A stretch of DNA of 63,651 nt, counting the filler, from Octopus bimaculoides (lineage: Eukaryota): assembly GCF_001194135.2 (NCBI RefSeq). It is 4 parts of 4 records of this genome, joined end to end, with 100 filler letters (N's around TTAATTAATTAA, not from the genome) between each part and the next. Parts side by side here need not be neighbours in the genome. Positions count along the whole stretch, not along the records: positions 50,925 to 63,651 come from NC_068984.1; 3 more parts are not named here. The stretch is one strand, 5' to 3'. The notes beneath the pieces are model-generated. The model saw only the letters and a program-made list of their open reading frames with translations, had not been told where the DNA came from and searched no databases. The translations under genes and the position numbers were made by a program. Below, one piece after another: positions 52,601-63,651 of the stretch; position 1 is the stretch's first letter; every line of letters starts with the position of its first letter.

Positions 52601-53914
52601 NNNNNNNNNNNNNNNNNNNNNNNNNNNNNNNNNNNNNNNNNNNNNNNNNNNNNNCTCCACAGTGACATATAGGAAAATTAATAAGTAAATGCACAATAAA
52701 TAAGTATAATATAATACAAAGTAAATATCATAAGATAATGATAATAAAACGACTACACGTGTTTCATAACCAAATTTTCAAATAGAAAATATTATATGCA
52801 AAACTAATCTTAACGAATCTTTCGTTTAAAATACAATTTAAACGAAGTTTTAGGTTAAATTAATAAAGATAGAAGTTATACTTACCTCAACGATGTTTAA
52901 ACTAAACATTTTAGACGTTAAACTCAGAACTAAAACGTTTATTAGAAAGAAGTCTCGTGAAGATATTGCGTAAAGAAAAAGAATAGAATAAAAAGATATA
53001 AACACATGAATGAAAGTTTTATTATAAATGAAAGATTAAACTTTATATAACTTAAATCATAATAAAATAATTAGCTATATTGTAAACATTTTATTGAACG
53101 TTAAAATCTAAGTAGTTATAGATTCAAAAGAATAAGACTAAGAAACAATATAGACTAACAGAAATATTATATGCACATCTTATCTTAACGAATCTTTCGT
53201 TTAAAATACAATTTAAACGAAGTTTTAGGTTAAACTAAAATTATAAACGTAAAATATAAACTAACAAAAATTAATGGTGATATAATTGACTTCTTGTTTA
53301 ACGAAAACCTTGACGTAATAGAAATCACTATCACCACTACCATCTAATTGAAGAGGACCAGTCGTGGAAAGAAAGACAACAAATAATTTTTCTGAAAATA
53401 AACCCAATAGATATTGATTGTAAGGGAAATAACTCTCCAGTTATTATTGGAGGAGTTATGGGTGTTGTTTAGGTTTAGTTTCGTAGTCACTGAGTCGATT
53501 TAAAATGTTTGTGTTAAATTCGAGCTACCCTTTTCGCTGCCATTACACATCTAGGTTTTCATTATTCAATGCAACCTTTCTTTCTTCGTTGTCATTAGTG
53601 TAATTTGAGAGAGAAGTGGTTGTTATTTCTAACCACCTGGAGGTCCGTTCTTTGTTGACTCAGAACAAGAGTTTTTAGCAAAAATAACATCTATTATTAT
53701 TCTTTAGCCCCAGGCGTTGAGAAGAGGTGTTTTAAAGGAACCTTCCAAACAGAATCCAGCGTAGAAGTGAAAGTGAATAGGTGGAAAATATGTCGCAGGA
53801 GCCCTGCTAACACAGTGTGCGCTTGCAGAGTTTCTTCCAGAGTCGGTAGGAATCCTATTAACAAAGAAGTGGAAGGCTCTGTTTTCTAGGTAGGAAAGCT
53901 TGCAGTGTCTGGAA

Positions 53915-53941
53915 TAAACGAGGAAAAACATCTACCTACAG

Positions 53942-53973
<32 letters not shown>

Positions 53974-53999
53974 AAACAAGGAAAAACTTCTACCTACAG

Positions 54000-54031
<32 letters not shown>

Positions 54032-54127
54032 NNNNNNNNNNNNNNNNNNNNNNNNNNNNNNNNNNNNNNNNNNNNNNNNNNNNNNTTGTGTGTGTGTGTG
54101 TAAACAAGGAAAAACTTCTACCTACAG

Positions 54128-54162
<35 letters not shown>

Positions 54163-54225
54163 CAAGGAAAAACTTCTACCTACAGATGTGTGTGTGTGTA
54201 TGTGTGTGTGTGTGTGTGTGTGTGT
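53915..54225 (+). repeat. Compound minisatellite: 27-nt core AAACAAGGAAAAACTTCTACCTACAGA + (TG)n, at least 4 units
   Basis: Core at about 53915 (variant), 53973, 54101 and 54159; one gap inside. Confidence 0.9.
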
Positions 54226-54229
54226 CCTT

Positions 54230-54385
54230 GTATTTGTGTTTGTCCCTCACCGTCGCTTGGCAACCGGTGTTGGTTTGTTCACGTTCCCGTAACATACCGG
54301 TTCGGCAAAAGAGAGCGATAGAAAAAAGTAAGTACTGAGGTCGATTCTTTCGACTAAAAATCTTTAAGACGGTGCCCTTGCATAC
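54230..54385 (+). mobile_element. SINE family A 3' fragment
   Basis: tgtccctcaccgtcgcttggcaaccggtgttgg..ccgtaacataccggttcggcaaaagag. Confidence 0.75.
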
Positions 54386-55389
54386 AAGAAAAGATATACA
54401 GCTGATCTCGGATGAGGATCTTTGCGTACTTTACATATAGCGTATGAGTTTCTTCCCCTTCATCTTTCAGATTCTAGCTAAATTCTAAGTCTCGCCTACC
54501 ATCCTATACTGTCACACATTGGATTATGGGTATGCTTAGATGTAACATCCGCACTGAGTTGAATGATTGAAGCCCCTTAACAGACTTCTTTCGATACTAA
54601 CGCATTTGTCGTAGATTTTCATTAAAGAATGTACAACACCTAAGTTTTCTGTTCATAGTTATAAACCTTATCTGCTACACGCTGTCTAGTAGGAATTAGT
54701 CCTTACTAGGGTGAGTATAGTGGTAGTTAGTCGTGGCATTCAAATTCTCTAAGTGAAGAATAGCGCACATATAATAATCTAGGAAATAACTACATTTCCG
54801 AAAACTATCTGTACTCATAAATACACAAGTCCATGATCAGCTGGGAATATGGAAAATAAAATTCAAGCTAACCCAGATTATATACACCCGTGATATCAAA
54901 GCCTTGAGGCACGGGTGTGTCACTTTGGTTACAATTTTCTAGAATTAAAATCTCTCACATTTGAGCATAGAAAATTAGAGCAGGTTTCATCAACAGGCGC
55001 AGCCTTATGTATACGCAGAATTATCAAAGTAAGAACTTTTAAAATGCACCAGGATTTCATCGCAAATATGGAATTTGCTAGAGTGGCCGATAAACTGGAT
55101 TTATTATAGCGATAGGACTTATGTAACCTGTAGATTTACGACACAAACATACACACGAGATCTGATCACTAAGTATCCCGACTGTTGCTACAGTAACGAA
55201 GCTAAAGCTCGCAGAGTAAAACCACTTGGCAAAGACTGACCTTGAACGCTGTTGTGCATGTGCTCTAAGCTTTAACGTTCTAGTTCACTCAAGCTATTTA
55301 CAGCAGTGCTTGAAAGAAAGGTATGTAGCGTGTGATCATCGCATTGATCATGACAGCGAAAATCTGATTATTTTTAAAGGAGATTTGTC

Positions 55390-55666
55390 CACTCTAAGCA
55401 TGAATTGTAAAACGAAAAACTTAATTTGCTGTGCAGCTTGCCCACAGTGTAAAGGGTACTATATTGATGAAACCGGAACGGGACTACATGACAGAGTTCG
55501 TGTACACAGAGAACAAATTAAAGACATCTCTGTCAGAATCACTACTTGCAGTGGACACTTCTCATCATGCGGAAATGGAAAATTTCCAATCTTCCCCTTC
55601 TTTAAGATATGGTCGGACAACGAACATTTCTGGAAATATGAAGAAGAATTCATCAGGAAGTAATTA
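55390..55666 (+). pseudogene. PLE GIY-YIG endonuclease C-terminal fragment (second PLE family)
   Basis: MNCKTKNLICCAACPQCKGYYIDETGTGLHDRVRVHREQI..SGHF..CG.GKFPIFPF..EEEFIRK, matching the C..NLIY..C..C..YIGET..L..R..H pattern. Confidence 0.8.
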
Positions 55667-55826
55667 ACTACTGCTACTGACACGGACAGAGGTCACTGCC
55701 ATTTACCATTACCAACACGGTCACTACTACTACTACAACCAACAAAAAACCCTCCCACGTGGACTATGTTGACACCAGTAAGGAACAATTATGAACTTTT
55801 CATTTAATTACATTTTTTTAAAATAT

Positions 55827-55875
55827 GTATTTTTGATAAGGTTCGTCTTTTCTAGAACCGAAACATGTTAAATAT
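55827..55875 (+). ncRNA. Minimal type I hammerhead fold with decayed first core
   Basis: gtattt TTGATAA ggttc-loop-gaacc GAAA catg TT aaatat: stem I 6 bp, stem II 5 bp, palindromic ACATGT stem III. It lies ~160 nt 3' of the GIY-YIG stop on the same strand. Confidence 0.6.
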
Positions 55876-56700
55876 CTCTGACAAAATTATAAATTAAAAT
55901 TCATTTTTTATATATTGGCGTTTTCAAACTTCTTTTTTATAANNNNNNNNNNNNNNNNNNNNNNNNNNNNNNNNNNNNNNNNNNNNNNNNNNNNNNNNNN
56001 NNNNNNNNNNNNNNNNNNNNNNNNNNNNNNNNNNNNNNNNNNNNNNNNNNNNNNNNNNNNNNNNNNNNNNNNNNNNNNNNNNNNNNNNNNNNNNNNNNNN
56101 NNNNNNNNNNNNNNNNNNNNNNNNNNNNNNNNNNNNNNNNNNNNNNNNNNNNNNNNNNNNNNNNNNNNNNNNNNNNNNNNNNNNNNNNNNNNNNNNNNNN
56201 NNNNNNNNNNNNNNNNNNNNNNNNNNNNNNNNNNNNNNNNNNNNNNNNNNNNNNNNNNNNNNNNNNNNNNNNNNNNNNNNNNNNNNNNNNNNNNNNNNNN
56301 NNNNNNNNNNNNNNNNNNNNNNNNNNNNNNNNNNNNNNNNNNNNNNNNNNNNNNNNNNNNNNNNNNNNNNNNNNNNNNNNNNNNNNNNNNNNNNNNNNNN
56401 NNNNNNNNNNNNNNNNNNNNNNNNNNNNNNNNNNNNNNNNNNNNNNNNNNNNNNNNNNNNNNNNNNNNNNNNNNNNNNNNNNNNNNNNNNNNNNNNNNNN
56501 NNNNNNNNNNNNNNNNNNNNNNNNNNNNNNNNNNNNNNNNNNNNNNNNNNNNNNNNNNNNNNNNNNNNNNNNNNNNNNNNNNNNNNNNNNNNNNNNNNNN
56601 NNNNNNNNNNNNNNNNNNNNNNNNNNNNNNNNNNNNNNNNNNNNNNNNNNNNNNNNNNNNNNNNNNNNNNNNNNNNNNNNNNNNNNNNNNNNNNNNNNNA

Positions 56701-56782
56701 TATGCACGCATGTTTGTGTAAATAGGGATATATATATACATATATATATATATATACCTATTTACACAAACATGCGTGCATA
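56701..56782. repeat. Perfect 26-bp inverted repeat around a TA-rich spacer
   Basis: tatgcacgcatgtttgtgtaaatagg / cctatttacacaaacatgcgtgcata; abuts a gap. Confidence 0.85.
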
Positions 56783-57493
56783 CATGCGTATACGTATGTA
56801 TCTACATAATAAATACTTGTACTTCTAAATATTTGTATATTACTTGACTTCATTTCAAACTACATTCCATTGAAAATAAATAATTTTCTTCAACGAGATA
56901 TATCAAATGGAATCTATTACGAAAGGTTATGTACGTAAGTGGGTCAAGCGGCTATTAAGTCATGTATCACATGAGCATTATTATAAAAGTATTATACCTT
57001 AAATATTTGCAATAGATGACAGACTACAGATCGGTTGTGCTTCTCTTGTGCGAGTAAAACGTTGTTGAAGGTATGTCTGATTATTTGATGAATTTTCATT
57101 TATTCTCACCGATTTTTCTTACTTATGTTTTACTGCAATACAATATCAAAGGTGGAATATTCTAAGTAAACAAACGTAACATACAGACACACAGATATCA
57201 CTAGAGCATGTAAACACAAACATACATACATACATACATACATACATACATACATACATACATACATACATACATACATGCACGCACACACACACACACA
57301 CACATATACTGGCCGCAGTCAAATGACTGAAACAAGTAAAAGAATAAAATAATATTATATAAATAATATGATGCAACGTAATATATTGATTCCAAATTTA
57401 AGCAAACCAAAACCTTATGAAAGGATTTTGTTGACGGAAACTGAAAGAAGTTTGTCTCACTCACACATTTATTTAAGTATACATACACACACA

Positions 57494-58364
57494 CAGGGTG
57501 ATTCAAAAGTTGCCATACATAGGAATAATCTTTTTTTTTTTTATAAGAAACAGTTTATAAGGACAGTTTTTTTTTTATTTAACACACTCTACATGGTTAC
57601 CATTGTTTTGAATACACATTGCAATACGTTTACCCCACTCATTGTGAACTCGTAATAGCACATCTGGAGATACTTGTGCAAATGAATTGGCGATGCGTTC
57701 CTTCAAATGATTTGTCTTATCTTTTCGCGATACACCATGTCTTTCAAATGCCCCCAAAGGTAGAAATCAAGAGGGGTCAGATTAGGGGATCTTGGAGGCC
57801 ACTCAGTTGGACCACGCCTACCAATCCAGGCATCTGGAAATGTCTGATATGATCCAACCACTGACGCACTTGAATAGTATAATGATGTAGGGCTCCATCT
57901 TCCTGGAGGTAAATAGGAAAGTTACCGCCCTCGTTTAGCAGTGATGGGAAAATTTCTTCTTGCAACATGTTGAGATACTTTTCGGCATTAAGATTTCCAT
58001 TAACAAAAATTGGGCCAATGTTTTTGTCACCCCATATCCCAACCCAAACCATCACTTTACTAGCACCTTGCATTTTTGTTGCACTCATCCAGTGAGGGTT
58101 AGCATTGCTCCAATAAGGCATGTTTTGGCTATTAACCTCTCCAGTGACGTAAAAGTTAGCTTCGTCAGTAAACAAGATCTTAGTTGAAAAGATTGCGCTA
58201 TCGGTCAATTTGCTGGATGCCCATTCACAAACTTCCAGTTGTCTATCTGGGTCATCTTCACTCATATGCTGTAGCATCTTCACTTTGTACGGATGCCACT
58301 TATTTGATCTTAAAATGCGCGTGATACTCGGCTGATTGACCCCAATTTCAGCAGCCAATTTTCG
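57494..58364 (-). mobile_element. Tc1/mariner DD41D (rosa/Visitor-type) transposon, 5'-truncated
   Basis: HPYKV, FTDEANF, VMVWVGI, YLQEDGA, WIGRRGPTEWPPRSPNLTPLDFYLWGHLK. Removing a 5-nt insertion (catat) gives exactly 41 residues between the 2nd and 3rd Asp. TIR CAGGGTGATTCAAAAG is at 57494. Confidence 0.85.
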
Positions 58365-59260
58365 TAACACCCTAGTGGAAATCGTGCGGTTGTTAATCTG
58401 AAACATTACAAAACCCTTTTTGTGGTCCGAAAAACGGGTTGGGGGGTGGTGACTGACAAATTATTACATACGTTTTTGTTTCATAGTTGTGAAATATAAA
58501 CAAAACTCCTTCGCTCCCAAAGTAGTATATATGAGGGGGGAGAAAGAAGAACGATTTAAAACAAATAAATGATTTTTTAAAAATATATTTGAATTGTTGT
58601 GTGAGAAAGTATATATAATCTCATTATAGAATATAGTGTCTTTCAGAAACATTGGATATTTTAAACTATATCTCATGTTTAAGAAAAAAAAATGCCTTTT
58701 NNNNNNNNNNNNNNNNNNNNNNNNNNNNNNNNNNNNNNNNNNNNNNNNNNNNNNNNNNNNNNNNNNNNNNNNNNNNNNNNNNNNNNNNNNNNNNNNNNNN
58801 NNNNNNNNNNNNNNNNNNNNNNNNNNNNNNNNNNNNNNNNNNNNNNNNNNNNNNNNNNNNNNNNNNNNNNNNNNNNNNNNNNNNNNNNNNNNNNNNNNNN
58901 NNNNNNNNNNNNNNNNNNNNNNNNNNNNNNNNNNNNNNNNNNNNNNNNNNNNNAACACACTATTTCTTTCTTTCTTTCTCTCTCTCTCTGTCTGTCTGTA
59001 TGTCTCTCTCTCTCTCTCCTTCAAGCGCGTACGCACAGATTTGACTTCGCCATGTCAACAAACTTCAAAATTCGTAAAAGTTTATCGATTTTTACAGCTA
59101 TACGCGGGTGCCTCTGAAAGAAAAAATTGGCCAAAATGCACATAAGGTCATTCCGAATCTCCTCCTAAAATTGGAGCGACAAGCGTGCTAATTTGTGGAC
59201 GTGCATAAACTACATTCACGCACACACACACACAAACATCGTCTGTTTTATAGATATAGA
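58365..59260 (-). mobile_element. 5' portion of the same Helitron family as 5639-6979
   Basis: Starts A|TCTATATCTATAAAA at 59260 and is collinear with 5639-6460 up to cactagggtgtta; it spans gap 58701-58953. Confidence 0.85.
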
Positions 59261-59945
59261 TACACGCACACACACACACACACATATATGTACATGAAGT
59301 GAACTGACTTGAAACGGCATTTAAAAAAGTGACAGCAACTCGAAAACACTTGGCTCCTCAAAACTAGAATTTATAAACAAAATTCAACGTATGTAATAAT
59401 GTATGTGTGATAGGAAATCAAGCATATGGAGTTGAAAATAAGCCACGAATGGTACTGTTAGTTACCCAACTGCATCCCTGGAGATATACTTATAAATAAC
59501 TCTAAAATTATACCACATTTCATATGTTGATACACTCTAAAATTATGTAATATATTATAAATAGATATGACGACTCAAATTTAAGGCTGTTGAAAAGGTA
59601 GATAATAACAATTAATGCATCCGGTGACACAGTTTTTATGATTGACAAAATAGATTCATTGACTACAGCGTCAAATAACCGTGACGTCGAGAGATTTTAT
59701 CGGTAGTTTAGCGCCGGCATTGTTTTCAACACAAGTAATTTACATTGGAGAGAATGAGATAGTGTAGACTTAATCTTTTACATCTAAATCGTATCACATC
59801 AGATGAGTAATCAAATTATCCGTATGGGATACTACCTTTCTCAGCAATTTGCAAATGGCCCGGTGCTTCACTGTCATATGACCCTTAAGTGTCAATTTCT
59901 CTGACAACTTCATGAAACAGAAAACTTTTCTTAACTCTGCCAGCT

Positions 59946-60171
59946 CGCTGGCAGAAATGTTAGCAGGCCGGGCGAAATGCTTAGCGGTATTTCGTCTGCC
60001 GTTACGTTCTGAGTTCAAATTCCGCTGAGGTCGACATTGCTTTTCATCCTTTCGGGGTCGATAAATTAAGTACCAGTTACGCACTGGGGTTGCTGTAATC
60101 GACTTAATCTCCTTGTCTGTCCTTGTTTGTCCTCTCTATGCTTAGCCACTTGTGGGCAATAAAGAAATAAG
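59946..60171 (+). mobile_element. SINE family B with Tx1-like tail
   Basis: Family B head and body, then ttgtcctctctatgcttagccacttgtgggcaataaagaaataag. Confidence 0.9.
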
Positions 60172-60953
60172 CAATTTTTGCGGAACTCCATAAAAAAGCA
60201 GTTTATATCACTGTTATATAACTCTGTGATTGGATACCATTAAAAAAGCTTTGTCGAGTTGGGCTTTTAAACTCATTTCTTTATNNNNNNNNNNNNNNNN
60301 NNNNNNNNNNNNNNNNNNNNNNNNNNNNNNNNNNNNNNNNNNNNNNNNNNNNNNNNNNNNNNNNNNNNNNNNNNNNNNNNNNNNNNNNNNNNNNNNNNNN
60401 NNNNNNNNNNNNNNNNNNNNNNNNNNNNNNNNNNNNNNNNNNNNNNNNNNNNNNNNNNNNNNNNNNNNNNNNNNNNNNNNNNNNNNNNNNNNNNNNNNNN
60501 NNNNNNNNNNNNNNNNNNNNNNNNNNNNNNNNNNNNNNNNNNNNNNNNNNNNNNNNNNNNNNNNNNNNNNNNNNNNNNNNNNNNNNNNNNNNNNNNNNNN
60601 NNNNNNNNNNNNNNNNNNNNNNNNNNNNNNNNNNNNNNNNNNNNNNNNNNNNNNNNNNNNNNNNNNNNNNNNNNNNNNNNNNNNNNNNNNNNNNNNNNNN
60701 NNNNNNNNNNNNNNNNNNNNNNNNNNNNNNNNNNNNNNNNNNNNNNNNNNNNNNNNNNNNNNNNNNNNNNNNNNNNNNNNNNNNNNNNNNNNNNNNNNNN
60801 NNNNNNNNNNNNNNNNNNNNNNNNNNNNNNNNNNNNNNNNNNNNNNNNNNNNNNNNNNNNNNNNNNNNNNNNNNNNNNNNNNNNNNNNNNNNNNNNNNNN
60901 NNNNNNNNNNNNNNNNNNNNNNNNNNNNNNNNNNNNNTATATATATATATATT

Positions 60954-62075
60954 TACTGAACCACAAAAGAAATGTCGCACACATTCTAAATAGAATCTGG
61001 TTTATTAACAGACTACCATAGCATTGAGTGAAGAGTGCTAATGAAGAAACCGTTCTTTCCTAATGATAAAAATATCATTTCCTGAAACATGTTTGACGTC
61101 ACATGGTGTCACTTGATGACTTTGTGTCATGGATCCAAAGAGATGAATTGAATATCTCATGTGACCACCGTTAGCGTCGATTACCGCCAGGCATCTTATA
61201 TACATTGAATGCACCAAACGACCGATGAAGGCCATGGGGATTGCAGACCACACTCTGTTAAAACTTGCAGTGAGTTGTACTGCAGTTGTCAGACTTGGAC
61301 GGATGTCATTTAGCCTTCTTTGGATTTCGTCCCACAGATGCTCTATGGGGTTCCAGTCCGGACTTAGGGAAGGACATGGCAGTGTCTGGATGTTGTACTG
61401 TTGGAGGAAGTCTGTTGTCAACCTGGCAGTATAGGCACGGGTGTTGTCGTGTTGGCACACGTGATTCAGACGACTGGAAAAGTAATGCACAATGTGAGGC
61501 CTTAACACTTGGTCGATACAGCGAGCAGCGGTTACCTCATTGCCCCAGCCTTGGCCGATGTTTGGAAGGCCACCGGTCCAAGTTTCTGGTTGAGAGCAAC
61601 CCCGCCCCATACTCTGTCCTCCCAATGAGTCTCTCTCCATCACATTGCTATCGGCATGATGTTCACCATTCTCCAAACCTTTGCTCTGTCATTGGTCACA
61701 GAAATGCAATATCGACTTTCGTCAGAGACGACTACGGTCCTCCACTGCGGATATTGCCAGTTCTGACGCTTTCCAGCCCACTGCAGACGTGCCCGTTGAT
61801 GGGAATGGAGCCCCGAACCGGACGTCGACAAGCCATTGAAAGATTTGACCCTGCATCATGTTTTTCATAAAGATGCGTTCGCGAGCATTAATATGTTAAA
61901 AAAAAAAAGTGAGCGAATTCGAATCCTTGTGTTTTCAAAAGAGAGTGGTGTTGTGAGTCACTGATATCTTCTTGATGTTAAACTACCTAGAAATGTGATA
62001 AAATCCATATAATCTGAATATCGTGTGCGAAACAGAAAATCTTTCACAGTGCGAAGTTTCTTTTGTGGTTCAGTG
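60954..62075 (-). mobile_element. Tc1 (DD34E) transposon, internally deleted
   Basis: TIRs actgaaccacaaaagaaa at 60955 and rc ending at 62074. VVVSDESRY (61640-61831) and QHDN..SPDWNPIEHLWD (61038-61676) give 34 residues between D and E. The N-terminal HTH is largely missing. Confidence 0.9.
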
Positions 62076-62206
62076 TCGCTAAATACGACTTACCAAAAAG
62101 CAAAAGTATAAATGACACAAAATACGAGTAACCAAAAAGGAAAACGATAAATTACACAAAATAAGACTAACCACATTGCAGACAGTTGTCTGAATTAATT
62201 ATATAA

Positions 62207-62438
62207 GGCGGCGAGCTGGCAGAAACGTTAGCACGCCGGGCGAAATGCTTAGCAGTATTTCGTCTGCCGTTACGTTCTGAGTTCAAATTCCGCCGAGGTT
62301 GACTTTGCCTTTCATCCTTTCGGGATCGATAAATTAAGTACCAGTTACGCACTGGGGTCGATGTAATCGACTTAATCCGTTTGTCTGTCTTTGTTTGTCC
62401 CCTCTGTGTGTAGCCCCTTGTGGGCAATAAAGACATAG
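62207..62438 (+). mobile_element. SINE family B with Tx1-like tail (least diverged copy)
   Basis: ggcggcgagctggcagaaacgttagcacgccgggcg..gagttcaaattcc..tttcatcctttcgggatcgataaattaagtacc..tttgtcccctctgtgtgtagccccttgtgggcaataaaga. Confidence 0.9.
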
Positions 62439-62939
62439 GTATTTCGTCTNNNNNNNNNNNNNNNNNNNNNNNNNNNNNNNNNNNNNNNNNNNNNNNNNNN
62501 NNNNNNNNNNNNNNNNNNNNNNNNNNNNNNNNNNNNNNNNNNNNNNNNNNNNNNNNNNNNNNNNNNNNNNNNNNNNNNNNNNNNNNNNNNNNNNNNNNNN
62601 NNNNNNNNNNNNNNNNNNNNNNNNNNNNNNNNNNNNNNNNNNNNNNNNNNNNNNNNNNNNNNNNNNNNNNNNNNNNNNNNNNNNNNNNNNNNNNNNNNNN
62701 NNNNNNNNNNNNNNNNNNNNNNNNNNNNNNNNNNNNNNNNNNNNNNNNNNNNNNNNNNNNNNNNNNNNNNNNNNNNNNNNNNNNNNNNNNNNNNNNNNNN
62801 NNNNNNNNNNNNNNNNNNNNNNNNNNNNNNCTGATAGAATAAATGGGTTAATAGAAACCAATGTAGTAAAGAACACAAAATAGCTGTGGTTAGCTCCTGT
62901 CTTTAAGGCAGGAACTCCTTGAAATTTTGGGTATTTGAG

Positions 62940-63120
62940 TATATTTAAGAATTTAAGGATTGGAGAAAACGCATGTTATAATTGCATACTTTATTCCTAC
63001 ATATGTTTCAAAGCATTACAACCTGTGTGATCCACAGGTTGTAATCCTTTGAAACATATGTAGAAATAAAGTATGCAATTATAATATGCGTTTTCTCCAA
63101 TCCTTAAATTCTTAAATATA
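62940..63120. repeat. 88-bp-arm fold-back (85/88), 5-nt loop
   Basis: Arms 62940-63027 and 63033-63120, loop tgatc, three mismatches. Confidence 0.95.
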
Positions 63121-63279
63121 TATATCTGTATATATATATATCAGAGCGTAGGCTCGGAGTGTAAAAGACTTTTCCACTGGCGTAACAGAATATATTCATA
63201 TGGCTTTATATAGCTATACACAAACACATAGAGGTACATACTCACACACGCACGCATAAAATTGCATTTGTTGTTGCAT

Positions 63280-63337
63280 ATTATCAGTCTGATCCACTCA
63301 TCTGCATATTTACAGATGAGTGGATCAGACTGATAAT
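63280..63337. repeat. Perfect 25-bp inverted repeat, 8-nt loop
   Basis: attatcagtctgatccactcatctg-catattta-cagatgagtggatcagactgataat. Confidence 0.95.
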
Positions 63338-63381
63338 AACCGATTTAAAATTGTCAGTGTTCCTCAATTATTTTTTACAGC

Positions 63382-63507
63382 ATGGAAAGCATAACAGAGA
63401 AGGACATATTTCTTTCTGACTTAAACAATGGAAAAGCAAAGGAGACACATTTATCAGCTGAAAAAAGTAAACGATCGAAACTATGGCGCACATTTATCAA
63501 TATCAAG
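63382..63507 (+). CDS. Candidate host-gene coding exon (MESITEKDIFLSDLNNGKAKETHLSAEKSKRSKLWRTFINIK)
   Basis: Branch-like cctcaat, acceptor ttttttacag at 63380, exon 63381-63507 with ATG at +2 and 42 stop-free codons, and donor AAG|gtaagt (phase 0). Confidence 0.5.
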
Positions 63508-63651
63508 GTAAGTCCGTATCATAAATAGATGCTACTATCTTTCCTTATTGTTCTATTTTTCTGATGAAAGATAAGCGTCACAAACGTCAATGTTCTTTTC
63601 CATCTCTTAAGTGTCGTCTTCTTTTTGCACTCATTATTATTATTATATATA

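Noticed and set aside
53915-54225. CRISPR-like repeat-spacer array
   Set aside because: Spacers are (TG)n rather than unique sequences, the context is eukaryotic, and no cas genes are present.
56701-56782. Functional hairpin RNA
   Set aside because: Perfect arms directly at a contig end around (TA)n; an assembly artefact cannot be excluded.
63556-63595. Hammerhead-like ctgatga..caaacgtc
   Set aside because: GAAA core is broken and stems are weak; indistinguishable from chance.

Overview
AT-rich, gap-ridden animal genomic DNA saturated with microsatellites and decayed transposons. The SINE families, (TA)n/(CA)n/(TACA)n/(TATC)n load and TTAGGG repeats suggest an octopod cephalopod such as Octopus (inference). 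There is no intact multi-exon gene; one good candidate coding exon lies at 63381-63507 (+). Recognisable elements are two head-to-tail Tx1/L1-clade LINEs (1-4980), a non-autonomous Helitron carrying a TTAGGG array (5639-6979), and a ~5 kb Penelope-like retroelement (PLE) with YRDD RT and C-terminal GIY-YIG (8347-13255, minus). Also present are R4/Dong-type RLE LINE remnants, a Buster/Charlie-type hAT with 8-bp TSD (31172-33495), a DD41D Tc1/mariner fused to a second Helitron copy (57494-59260), a DD34E Tc1 (60954-62075) and many tRNA-derived SINEs. The most notable observations are: (i) a 40-nt 3' tail shared (33/40) between one SINE subfamily and the Tx1 LINE; (ii) about seven degenerate type I hammerhead-ribozyme folds tied to PLE terminal repeats; (iii) telomeric repeats inside a Helitron; (iv) a Helitron/transposase chimeric ORF; (v) two strong hairpins just upstream of the candidate exon. 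All alignments and folds were done by eye; family names come from recalled motifs, not database searches.
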